DNA of 63,138 nucleotides, filler included, from Intoshia linei (taxonomy: Eukaryota > Animalia > Orthonectida): the NCBI GenBank assembly GCA_001642005.1. It is 5 parts of 5 records of this genome, joined end to end, with 100 filler letters (N's around TTAATTAATTAA, not from the genome) between each part and the next. Parts side by side here need not be neighbours in the genome. Positions count along the whole stretch, not along the records: positions 1 to 20,977 come from LWCA01000661.1; positions 21,078 to 35,262 come from LWCA01000976.1; 3 more parts are not named here. One strand, written 5' to 3'. The translations under genes and the position numbers were made by a program. The notes under the pieces were generated by a model. It searched no databases. It saw only the letters and a program-made list of their open reading frames with translations, and was not told the origin of the DNA. This document shows positions 12,801-24,500 of the stretch, in pieces; within the stretch, counting starts at the first letter, position 1, and each line of letters opens with the position of its first letter.

Positions 12801-13790
12801 AGATACCTTGCAAAATATACTATACTAACTACATACACGACCGTGGAGAGCCAAAAATGGGTCCAAATCAGATGAAAGTCAAATGAAGGTTTGTAGGCCT
12901 TAGTTGCAAATAAAATTTTTTTTTCTCTATCCATTCTTTACAATTAGACTTTAATTCATCAGTTGTTAAACTTTTTTTGAGTGTTGTGTTACCATCCGAA
13001 GTAAAAAAAATTGGCCCAAAATACGAAAATTTTATCAAACAGCACTACATTATATTAGTTTAAAATTCTGTCCTCTGTCGGTCTGTAATCAGTTCCGAAC
13101 CTACCGTACAGAGATCTTCGGGAACAAGCTTTGACGGAATTTTTGTTAAATGGGGGCATAATTTTCCCAAATTAAATATTAAATTAGATCTTAGATAAGT
13201 GGCTAGGGCTATATTACACTACTTTCAGAAAATTTGTGATTGCGGAAAAATTTTTTATGGACCTATTTTTTATTTTCATGTGACCTCGAGTTTAGTAAGT
13301 TTGGCCATGGTTGTGATGATCGTGCCTTCATATGGCGGTTAGACCCTCCACGATCCTTTCTACTGGAGTAAAAATGACTAAATTTAATAAATAAAAAATT
13401 ACTTTGACCATTTAAATTTAATTTTTGGAAACAATTTGGAACTTGATTAGAAAACGGTACATTTCCATTAATATAACTATTAACTGTATTTGAATTAAAT
13501 TGAGAGAATGGATGATTTTGATATTTATGGTTTATATTTATTGAAAGTTGAGAATGATTAAAGTATTGTGGTATTTCCAAATCAGGTTTGAATGCATTTC
13601 TAGAATCGATTGGATATCCAAAAGGAGAAGAATAATTTGAATTTTGTAAGCTTGTTTCATTAAACCTTTCAATAGATTCTGAATTTGAAAATTTATAATC
13701 TGAATAATTAGCATATTGGTTTTTCAGATATTTACTGGATGATTGGTAGTTTTTACTTTCATCCTTACTCTTTTTTGTGACATCATTCAT
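9888..13790 (-). CDS. TFAP2: AP-2 family transcription factor, paralogue B (8 exons: ~13403-13790, 11289-11456, 11205-11245, 11003-11060, 10757-10958, 10406-10524, 10192-10333, 9888-10155)
   Basis: Contains the same AP-2 signature ([16 protein letters not shown]...[22 protein letters not shown]...LTHGFGSPA). Introns are GT-AG and the gene is colinear with paralogue A. Confidence 0.92.
12015..12636 (+). mobile_element. Non-autonomous Helitron, copy with both termini
   Basis: 5' TC and 3' CTAG, inserted between A and T, with no TSD or TIR. An imperfect hairpin (CTG..TGT...ACATAACAG) sits just upstream of the 3' end. Confidence 0.8.
12838..13356 (+). mobile_element. Putative hAT MITE related to the GGCCGTGGAG family
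   Basis: Imperfect inverted termini GACCGTGGAG...CTCCACGATC with a locally GC-richer interior. Confidence 0.4.
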
Positions 13791-13946
13791 ATTACTAAAT
13801 TTATCATTGTAAATTTTTAATTTTAAAAATTATATTTGAAGGTTCTATGAAATGTGTTTGTATTGTAAATCAAACTTTTAAAAATATACACAAATGACAC
13901 ATTGTAAATTTTATAAGTGTCAACTGGACAATGATTAAGTTATTTA

Positions 13947-13955
13947 GCCTTAGGC
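13947..13955. promoter_or_regulatory. Candidate AP-2 binding site GCCTTAGGC upstream of TFAP2-B
   Basis: Exact GCCNNNGGC consensus at the position homologous to 4575-4583. Confidence 0.5.
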
Positions 13956-16013
13956 ATAATTGATCCTTTTTATACGTATAATTTCAAAAAACTTTATTTT
14001 TTCAATTGGTCGAAAACGTTTAGAAATTTTTATCACTAATTTTCAAACAAAACCGTCAAAAAAACGAAAAAGTCGATGCTTAATTCAATAAAAAACACAT
14101 AACTCATTTTATTAAAAAAAATGTGATTTAATTATTGTCGACTATATGCAGAACATATTAGAAATGATACCTTAATTGTTTATATCTTTTCATTTTACCG
14201 TTTCAGGGTATTTTCAAATAAAACTAGCAATTTATAATATAATAATAATTATTGTGTACAAATTAATTTTGATAATTTAAAATGAAAAGTTTGTCGATTA
14301 ATTTCAAAGTTTTATATACATAATATTACTATTCTTGCATTCAGCCTCGGGAATAAGGCTAATTCGCCTTTAGGATGGATACATTATACACAGCCTAAAG
14401 CTATTTTTTAATGTGAGGCGTGGTCTATTCATAAATCATAATTAAGAAGAGATAATGATTTCTGATCCAATAAGATGTTTCATTGAATAAAATTACACGA
14501 TATTACAATTTTTCATGTATACCAGTTATAATTGTACGTTATAGTTATTAAAAATTGTTAAAATTGACACTTGAATTTTGTTTATATGAATTAATTTCTT
14601 AATTTTAACTTTTGTTAATGTCGCGCGTCAATAAACAATTATCGTGTCGCTATTAGCCATGACAAATAGCTATTATGAAATGTATTTCAATATTATGCTT
14701 GTATATTTATAGTGTTATATTTTGTTATTTTAAATTTCTTTCATCTTTGTTTATTTCTATTATAATTACCGAAACAATTAATCTAAAGAAAACGCCGTTA
14801 GATTAATACTAATCTTGTAATTAAAAGCTCAATTAATCTAGAATTTACTAATAGCCATTTTTAAATTATTTTAGACAATGCGGCACCGCACTAACGGTTT
14901 CTGTTATATTCTATTTAAAAAAGGACTATTATAATAGTTATTGTTTAATATTATTTTATTATTGCAATATATTGTATCGTAAAATATTAATATTTAATTT
15001 ATGGATTATCACAAGGATGAAATTGAATGAAAGTGTTTTTTTTATAAATTAGTGCATGACCACACTTTATCGCAGACTAACTTAATATCATTATCATCAT
15101 TAAATTGATACTGAATATTAGGGGTGTGAATTTTTTCACTTTTTTGCGAAAATAAATTAATTTATATTTGATTATTTAATACATTTAATTTATATTTTTT
15201 TGTATTTATTCAGTTTTCTCATTGGAATCGGTTTTTTTATCAATTCGGCGTTTATGATTCGCTAGACGATAATTTTGCGCATCTTTATAGCTATTTGTAT
15301 AAAAAATTTTATATTTAAAATAATATTTTTAAGATAAAATTGTCATATATTAGTTACTGTGAGCGATACATTGTTCAAAAGTTTAGAGGCGATGCCTCAG
15401 GGTTTTTTTAACAGTTGAGAGGTAAGATTGGGTGCAAAATGAATATTTTCAAAATTTTCATATGGTGGAAAGGTGAAATTTTGATATAAAAATTCGTTCA
15501 CATTCCTAATATATATATATGATAATTTATCACATTGAAAATGACAAAATAATTTTATATAATTTTAATTTTTCTGGAATTTTTGCTATTTATGACAATT
15601 TTTAGAATTGGACTGTTTTTAGTTTATTTTTAATATTATACACACAATATTATGTTAATATGTTAAATTCAATTTTATCTTATTTATTTTTGTTTTTAGT
15701 AAAAATTTTTATCAATGAAAAATTATTGATAAATTGAAAAATTGAAAAATTATAAGAACTTTAAACATTAATAAAATAAAAACTAAACGAGGTAATGTCA
15801 GACTATCCGTGGAAACGTAAGTTTGTAAAGTTGAAAATTGTACAGTGTACATTAAAATTATTTCAATTGGAATAACTTTAATGCTGATTAAATATTGTTT
15901 TATTGAAATAATTAGATATTCAAAGTAATTTGTTCAGATTATTAATTTAATAAATAACTAGAGATAATCCATTCAAATAACACCTGTCAGAAGTCGATTA
16001 ATTACTAAAGAAT

Positions 16014-16679
16014 ATGCCGTTTCACAAATTAATATTGATGATTTTGTATATCGAAATGATATTGCACTTACACTCAAACAAACTTCCAAATAAAATCATA
16101 CATCAAAGGAAAAAATATGTAATCCAAGAAAATAAAAATATGAGTGAATTGGCAAAAATGGTGTTTAATATATTTAGTATTGATATTTTATCTCAGATTA
16201 TCAATATAGAGATAATAATTTTGCCAATTTTCAATATACCATTCATACGTTATGTTACGTCATTTAATGTCTATAATTATAATTATAAAGATTATACCTC
16301 GAAACTTTTTAAATATGATTTAATATTGGTGGTATTGGAGTTCATGTTTTTTACTACCTTCACATGTGTTTTTGATATCTTATCTATAGAAGATCCGTCC
16401 TTTAAAAAAGGGAAAAATTGCCTGTTTAATTTAGACATGAATACGATTATATCATCATTTATATTTTCATGTATTAGTGAATTTTTATCATTTAATTTAC
16501 TAATCTACAATAGTAAAAATAAAAATTTAGCTGAATACGACTATAAAAACTTTGTGGTGATTAAAATAGTGGTTTTAGTACTCCAATTTAGTTTTGAAAT
16601 AAATCGTTACGTTCAATACCTACAAGCAATCAAAATAAATGAAAAATTTTATATACGAATAAAACATGTCGGATCATAA
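16014..16679 (+). CDS. Hypothetical intronless membrane protein, 221 aa
   Basis: Long stop-free ORF in very AT-rich DNA with a hydrophobic N-terminus and about four further hydrophobic segments. No motif recognised. Confidence 0.5.
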   Translation: MPFHKLILMILYIEMILHLHSNKLPNKIIHQRKKYVIQENKNMSELAKMVFNIFSIDILSQIINIEIIILPIFNIPFIRYVTSFNVYNYNYKDYTSKLFKYDLILVVLEFMFFTTFTCVFDILSIEDPSFKKGKNCLFNLDMNTIISSFIFSCISEFLSFNLLIYNSKNKNLAEYDYKNFVVIKIVVLVLQFSFEINRYVQYLQAIKINEKFYIRIKHVGS

Positions 16680-17264
16680 ATAAAATTTTCACTTCAATTC
16701 ATAGTAAAACCAACGTTATTCTCTCGGTTAATTTTTATTTATTTCGAGTCTAAGTTATCGATCTAGTATAGTAGAATTCTATAATTCTCCCGATTTCGGC
16801 ATTTGCCCGAAATATTTCCCACTTTAAAAAAGTTAATCGTTACTTAACTATAAATGTAACTTAAGTTTAAATTTAACACAAATTAGTTATGATATTGAAA
16901 AAATTTTGTAATACTCATATTAGTAAATAGATGCCCCCATTTAAAAAAAATTTGGTGGAAATCCCGATGAAAGATTCCGTGGAAAATATTCGTAGGGATC
17001 TCGGATACGGTATATTCGGCACTAGTAGTTCGCCATAGGTATGTTTGAAACTAATATGTTTTTTTAATTACGCATAGATCAGCGGTGGGCATACTACGGC
17101 CCGCGAACCGCATGCGGAATCGAATAAAATTATTATTTATGAATAATTAGCTAATTTTTGTTTAAATTTGCTCAAATTTTCTTCTATTCTTTGCATATAC
17201 CCTATTCTCTCTATAACAACCCATTCTTGGGTTTTAGAAAAAGTTGGCACGATAGAGAATTTAT

Positions 17265-17961
17265 AACTATATATAAATATGATTATATTATAATATTTAA
17301 AATTTACCATTTCAAAAATCCCCCCACTAATAAAATTTAATTAAAAATACCATTTCAAGCCCTTGTGGAAAAATTGACTTACACCGATATTCTTTTTAAA
17401 AATCCGATTTTACGTAATGTTATGAAAAAAATTCACTTCATCAAACTACAAATAAAAAATCTAATTTTCTAGTTCTTAATGGAAAAATATCCTTTTTCCA
17501 ATACTTTTTTTAAAAAACTCTTATTCCAACCACAAATTACTAACGCTTAAGGGAATTACCTCTTTTTTCAATATTATTTTGAAAAATATTGAGTTGTTAC
17601 GAACTGGAACGCTACCATCAAGATTGTTAAAATTAAAAGAAACCCTTATGATTGTTCAACCTACGTCAACACAAAATGAAAAAAATTTCTCTACTGCTTC
17701 TAATTTTGTTACAAAACGTAGAACGCGTTTAAAAGACGAATCTATCAATATTATGTGTGTTTTGAAACAATTTTTCAACAATCTAAAATAAATAAATTTT
17801 TTTTTAATTAAATTTGTAAATTTTAATCTAGATTCGTGTTATTTCATTAATTAAATTTCTTTTTGTATCTAAAATTAATTAAGGTGTCTAAATTTTTTTA
17901 TCGTTTCTATATTATATATAAATAAAAATTTTTTATTTTTCCCTGGAAATCACAATCACTA
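17265..17961 (+). mobile_element. Non-autonomous hAT element (TAGTGATTGTG family), 5'-truncated
   Basis: 3' TIR CACAATCACTA. ORF 17579-17791 encodes a hAT dimerisation-like motif, QPTSTQNEKNFSTASNFVTKRRTRLKDESINIMCVLK. Confidence 0.82.
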
Positions 17962-19816
17962 CTACATTATGGTCAAGCTGGTTGCTAATAAAATAAAAAT
18001 TTTATTTATAAATATAATCTATTGCATAATTTTTTGATTTATTCTAAAGGGCTTCCCGATAATTCAGTTATTTCGAAATTTTGTTGATCAATCTAAATAA
18101 TGTAAAATTAATGACTACACCATGCATATTATTATTATTTACATCGTATTCTGTCTTTTTTTGTTTAAATTTACGTTGATAATAACTAAACGAACCGTTT
18201 TTGTGCAATTTGAATAAAACGATTCCCATTATTATGAAAATAAACATTAAAGCGACACTAATACATCCAGCTATAACAATTGTTTTTTTGGAATTTTTTT
18301 TTGCTACAATAAGATAAATAAAAATATAAAAAAATAAAAAAAAAATATAAAAAAACTCACAAATTTTATTTATAATATCTAAAATATATAAATTAGGAAT
18401 ACTGAGAAAATTTTTCGAAATCCTATAATTATGATGGCATTTATCAGAAATAACAGATTATACTAGGATTCAGAAAAATACATATACAATAGTTGATCTA
18501 CATGTACTACATACTACATGTTAATTGTAATTTTTCATGTAAAAATGTTATATTAAATTTTACCATTTATTGTACCTTGAAATGATGTGTAATCATCTGA
18601 TAGAATATAAAATTACCATTGTTTATATTGTTCACGATTGTAAAATTTTCTAAATTATCAAATTAACAAATAAAAAAAAATTAATTAATTAATTTGTAAA
18701 TAAATTCCATTTTTATCCCATTTCAATTACATTGTTTAATAAAATAGTGAAAATAAAATAATATATTGGTTAATATGATAGTTTTACGCATCACAGTGCG
18801 ATTTTGATGTTTTATTTGTTCCAATATTTCTAAATTATAAATTATAAGTGTGCATTTAAAATATTCAATTTTATTTACCATTCGTTTTTATTGTATTATT
18901 ATCAGAAATTTCTACAAAATAAGAAATAAGTCTGCAATTAATAATATTAGGTATATTTAGTCAATCATAAAATATATTAATCTTATATTAACCTTTCATT
19001 ATAATTAAATTGGCATTTTGTATTCCTATAAAATTAAAAAATTATTATATTAATTTATTAATTGTATAATTAAAATGTTTATTTTATATTGACGTAAAAT
19101 ATGTAAAATATTATATTAATTCTGTATTTGTCAATGCATTATAATAATGGGACATACATAATTTTGACATGGTATTGAACCTACAACCCATTAGCTGATC
19201 TATGTGGGTGCTGGGGCGGCGCCCCTGACGTGACAAATGTTCCACTAAAATATTTTAATTCGTGTATTAACATTGTGAAAAATTAATAATTTTTTTTAGG
19301 ACCCATCGTTTACGTTTTATGTATATCATTTATCATTAACATTTATTATTTTTTATGCTAGTAACATCAGTTTCAGTTAAATTATCGGACTTTACATTGT
19401 TTATAATCGAAAGAGAACTTGCCGAAAGTATGGATTTTGATACAGTTAAACAACTCAACAGTTGAGTGTTCAACATTGAAAAATTTAGTAGAATGAAAAC
19501 TAGAAAAAACATATAAATTATTATTATAGATGGAAAATTGTAGAGAGAATAGTGTATATAATAATATGATATAAATATTCAATTACCCTTTATACAAAGA
19601 AAAACTAAATTTTACAATTATAACCTTATATAAATAATTTGTCATACTAAATTTTATAGATTTCAAATAATTACGCATTACTAAATGTATAATTGTAGTA
19701 ATTCAATTTTACTAACCTTAAGGCATGTTTTATGTTTACAGTAGTGTTGTCAAACCGGTTTTTTCGGTAAATGTTTTATTAAATTATTTACAAATAAACA
19801 AAAACTAATTAATTAA

Positions 19817-20081
19817 TCCTTACTTATATAATATGGTACACAATATTTGTTTGAGTGTCTGTGTGTGTGTTTCCGTTTATTTCAATAACTACCAGTCTTA
19901 GAATTAGATTATGATGGTTCCTGAAACAAGTTTGGGAACCACATCTTTAAATGATTGATAATGGTAAATAGTATGATTGTTGAGTTTGATTTTCAACGTG
20001 AATTTATTTTTTTGGTATAATAAAAATGTGTCCTCTCAGAGCTATGTGCTGTTTGTACGTATTACATAACAGTCCCCCTAG
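19817..20081 (+). mobile_element. Internally deleted non-autonomous Helitron
   Basis: A|TC...CTAG|T termini with the subterminal hairpin CTGTTTGTA-CGTAT-TACATAACAG. Confidence 0.8.
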
Positions 20082-20977
20082 TATAAAATATATTTTAAAA
20101 TCATTATAATTATCGGTTGCCAAATTGAATAGGAATGATTATACTTTCTGTAAAGTAAAGGAGTAATAACTTACATGTCGAAAAAATTAAGTTTTTTCAT
20201 CAATACAAAATCGACTAAATCCTGAAATGCTTCATGCACTGGTTTTCTTAAAATATTTTTTTAAAAAAATTGAAAAAAAATAAATTTTATAATTTTTTTT
20301 TAATTAATCTTTATTATTTTTTATATTTGGCAATGTCTTCGACTAATTTTTTTATTTTTATAAGATTGGTTCACTACTCATATGTCGACAGTTTTGATCT
20401 ACATTTAACTAAAATTTTCGTTATTATACGTGAATTCGATTTAATGGAAAATTAAGAAAAAGTAAATTGGTGAAATAATATAAAATTAAAAGTCCCGTAT
20501 GCTTGTGTGATTCCAAAGTATCTTTATTAAACCCTTCCAGGGATTCTCTTTTTGAAAATGTTTTCAACGCAGTTATGAAATTAACTAGGGTTACTTTAAT
20601 ATCTAAAATGGACAATCGACATTCCAATAAAACCTGTTTTGAAATTTTCGGTACACTTGACAACACTAGTTTACAGTCATATTTACAGTACTGTTATGTT
20701 AATATTTACCATCTATAAAAAAATATTTTAATTTTATTAAATATTGATTAGTTTATGTTGCCTAACAATTTTAGTTATTGTAGTAATTTTGGCGTAATTC
20801 AAAATAAATAAGAATAAATCAAATAACTTTAATACTTTGTAGTATAATAGTTTGTAATTAAACGATAATGTAAATCTGTTGCGTTGATTGTGAACTTTAT
20901 TGTATATAGATTATATGAATTATATTAAAGTGATTACATTCTATTTAAAAATATATACTTAAAATCATATATGTTAT

Positions 20978-21077
20978 NNNNNNNNNNNNNNNNNNNNNNN
21001 NNNNNNNNNNNNNNNNNNNNNTTAATTAATTAANNNNNNNNNNNNNNNNNNNNNNNNNNNNNNNNNNNNNNNNNNNN
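20978..21077. other. Assembly gap with synthetic six-frame-stop linker
   Basis: N44-TTAATTAATTAA-N44, identical at all four gaps. Confidence 0.95.
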
Positions 21078-21590
21078 CATGATAAGAGTTAATTTAGAAT
21101 AATATAAATATATTTAATGGCAAAATTTGGAGTTTGCACATAGTTTTGCGGTGCAGTTTATAATGATTAATCAATCGCTTATTTTTTGATTGGTGTGTCG
21201 CGAAAAATTTTGAATTTTTCGAAACCAAAAATGGTTGGAATGCACTGAGTTACAGCCTCGCATCCGTCAGTATTAGAAACTTAATAAATATATTTTTTAG
21301 GAAACTGATAATATGTTCCTGGACAGGATACAATCGAAAGTAAGTAATAAATACAGCATAGAGTTGGCTTAAGATTATAGGTGTAATGTTTATTGCTAAA
21401 TAAAACCAATACTGCATATTTCTAGATATCTATACAATATTTAGATATATATACATATATATAGATATTTACACAAACCACCATATTAAAATTTTGAGAG
21501 GAATGTCAAATATGTTAGTAATGGAATTGGGCAGATTTTTTTATTTATATTGCGGATTAGAGCAATCATGATATTAGGTTAAACAATTAC

Positions 21591-24500
21591 ATCAATGGTT
21601 TGTATATTTTTTCCTATTGCTACATCCCAAAATTTAATGGAATCATCATCAGCGATACTGCTTAGAACAAGTCCGGTATATTTAAATGTTAAACATCTTA
21701 TCCAAGAACCGTGTCCTTTTAAAATGTATAATATTGCATTTTTAGTTGGATTCCATAAAATTATGCATCTATCATTGCTTCCTGACGCCTAGTTAAAAAA
21801 CAATTATCAAATTGTATTGTAATGTAAATTAATGTAAGTAGACTCATTTATGCAGTCCATAAACATTAGTTAGACCTGCAGCGGTGGAGACGGGTGGTAA
21901 ATCTTTATATTTATTTTTTAGTGAATGGAATTCTGACATAAGAATATAATTTTGATAAACAAAAATATGATTATAAATATGATGACCTAAATTAATTAGG
22001 TCCAGTCTTCTTGAATGAAGTATTAATATTTCATTAACCAAACTTTCAACATCAAAATTATAGTCACAGTGGCAATTCATGAGGGCCAGTCCACATAACA
22101 AAAGGTCTCAAGTCACATGATCAATTGTTCATGTAATGACATGTAATGTTATGCGCCATCTATATTGTTTTAATAAATTAAAACCTTTTTCAATTATTTT
22201 ACAAAACATTAATTAAAATTTAGGGGTGCAACCAGAGCCGTCTTAAGCCACTTCGTGACCCTGGGCTAAGCAAAGGACCGGAGGCCCTTTAAAGTTTTGA
22301 GCGAAGCTATAAAAAAAATTTAGGGTCGATTTTTTAAAAATTAATATGAGAAAATTAAAGATTTCATACTTTCTTTTTTGAATAATCAGTTAATAGAAAA
22401 GTTTTAATGTTTAATATTATCATTTGAAACAGTTTTTATGTCAATATTATATGATAAAAATTGTAGAATATATTTTAAATTGAACATTTACCAGAACTTT
22501 GATTTTTTAAACTATTTTTTTTCTAGCTATTTGAATTCCCACACTTCCAACTTATAAAAATTCTGCCCAAAAATTACTATAGTGATATTTTCCCTTTTGA
22601 TGAATTAATCCTATACTTGTATAATAGTTAAATTTGCATCAAAAAATAATAATTATATAGTGATGAAACAGCAAATCAAAGTTTTAGGTTTTTTATATAT
22701 TTTTTAAAAAAACATAAAAATCATTTACGTTTTGTCGATTTATTCAAAAACTCCCTTAGATTATTATAATGATATAATTCATTCTTTAAATTTTGAAAAT
22801 TCTCATTCATATGATAGTAATTTTGTCTGGGTGCACGATAAAAAGTTGGAAATTGTCTATTAGTGTAATGGAAAAACAAAATATTGGTTATACTGATACA
22901 AAATACTTAACAAATTAGTACTGTTTGTACTAAATACAAATCATTCCAACTAGTAAACCGTACAATCGATAAAATGTAATTTAAAAATAACCAAAATGCC
23001 ATGTTTTGAAAAAGCAACGCAGTTTACTCTACCCTTGTGACCTTTTAATTTGGTTCCTTCTCCTATAGCAGTTATTTTTTCAAATTTCCAAAAGCGAACA
23101 TATAAATCCCAACAACCGGTAGCCTAAAATGTACTACATGTAGTATTAAAAATTAATTAATTAATTATAGAAGCAAACTTTTGATTAAATTTTATTAAGA
23201 ATATTAGATTTCGAAAGCTTATACAGTGTATAATATACACTGACCGCACCATTCTAAGTAATTTTTAACAGTATTCGATATTTAAAGTTAAAATTATATA
23301 ATTTCACTATATAATTAACCATTACCATTCGATTATATTCATTGTTGAATGCAATAGATTGCACTAAACTTTGATGACCATCGATTGTTTTAATGATTAT
23401 ACCTTCTTGCTAAACATTTTAATGAGAATTAATTTAAGAACATGAAAAAACCTTACATATAATATGATTATCGAAAATATACATCTAAACATTCAAAATT
23501 ACCCACAAATCCCACATAATCACTTTACGATCCCATGAACCAGAGAAAATATAATTGGCATCCTTACTAAACTTTATGCATTCCACTGACTTTGTGTGAC
23601 CTTAATAAATAAAAAATGTATGATGTATATCAAAGTTTCTCAAACTCGATCCAAATCCTAAGTTTCCCCATATCATTTAAAATTTCGTACAAGATTATTC
23701 TAAATTTTCGTAAATGACAATTTTTTTTTATGATTTAGTATGAATTAGATCGTAAGCAATAAAAGTTTGAAAAACTTGGCGTTTGATATACGATTAAAAG
23801 TATTTTTAAAACAATTGATACCGATTTATTATTGAATATTTATTAATAGTATAGCATTTATAATAATATTAGGGCCATGGAGAACCAGCAGTAGGCCTGG
23901 TCAGATGGAAATTGTAGGCCCACTATAAATTTTTTTTTAATTAACACTATAAAATTAAGACGTCTATACATTGTTTAGTCGTTCTTTGATTGCCTAAAAA
24001 TTAAAAATAACAGTTGCAAATTGCATTGGTCATCATAATTTTGACATACTTAAAAAATTTGCCAACATTACCTATTAATGAATTAAAATATTAGGCCCCT
24101 TATGATAATAGGCCCAGTACTAGTGTTGATAACCGGTTAATTTAATTCTATATTTGTTTAAAGAAATCAATGGTGAAGCCACATGTACTGCGTGTTCCAA
24201 AAAAATTAAATGTGGTGGTGGTTCTATCTCATCTTTATCATACCATTTAAAGGTTGTACATAATATCACTCGTGACAATAAAAATTCAAATCAACCAATC
24301 GTAGATAATTATTTAGCAAAAAGATTTATAGATGAAGATGTTTCGCTACTAGCTTGTAAAGATAGATTAAGTTTTAATGTTATAGCTAAGAGTTCATTCA
24401 TTCAAGAATCTTATAAAAAATATAATTATGATAATTTACCACCAAAGAGTCATTCTTTCGTAAAAAATATTACTGTGAGATTTTTTGTTGACAAAAAACA

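Noticed and set aside
19165-19230. tRNA T-arm-like GGTTCAATACC on the minus strand
   Set aside because: No cloverleaf or A box can be built, and the adjacent GC-rich text looks like a transposon-end remnant.
21022-21033. Palindromic TTAATTAATTAA repeated four times in the window
   Set aside because: It is always centred in exactly 44+44 Ns, so it is a synthetic six-frame-stop contig linker, not biology. Adjacency across these gaps is uncertain.
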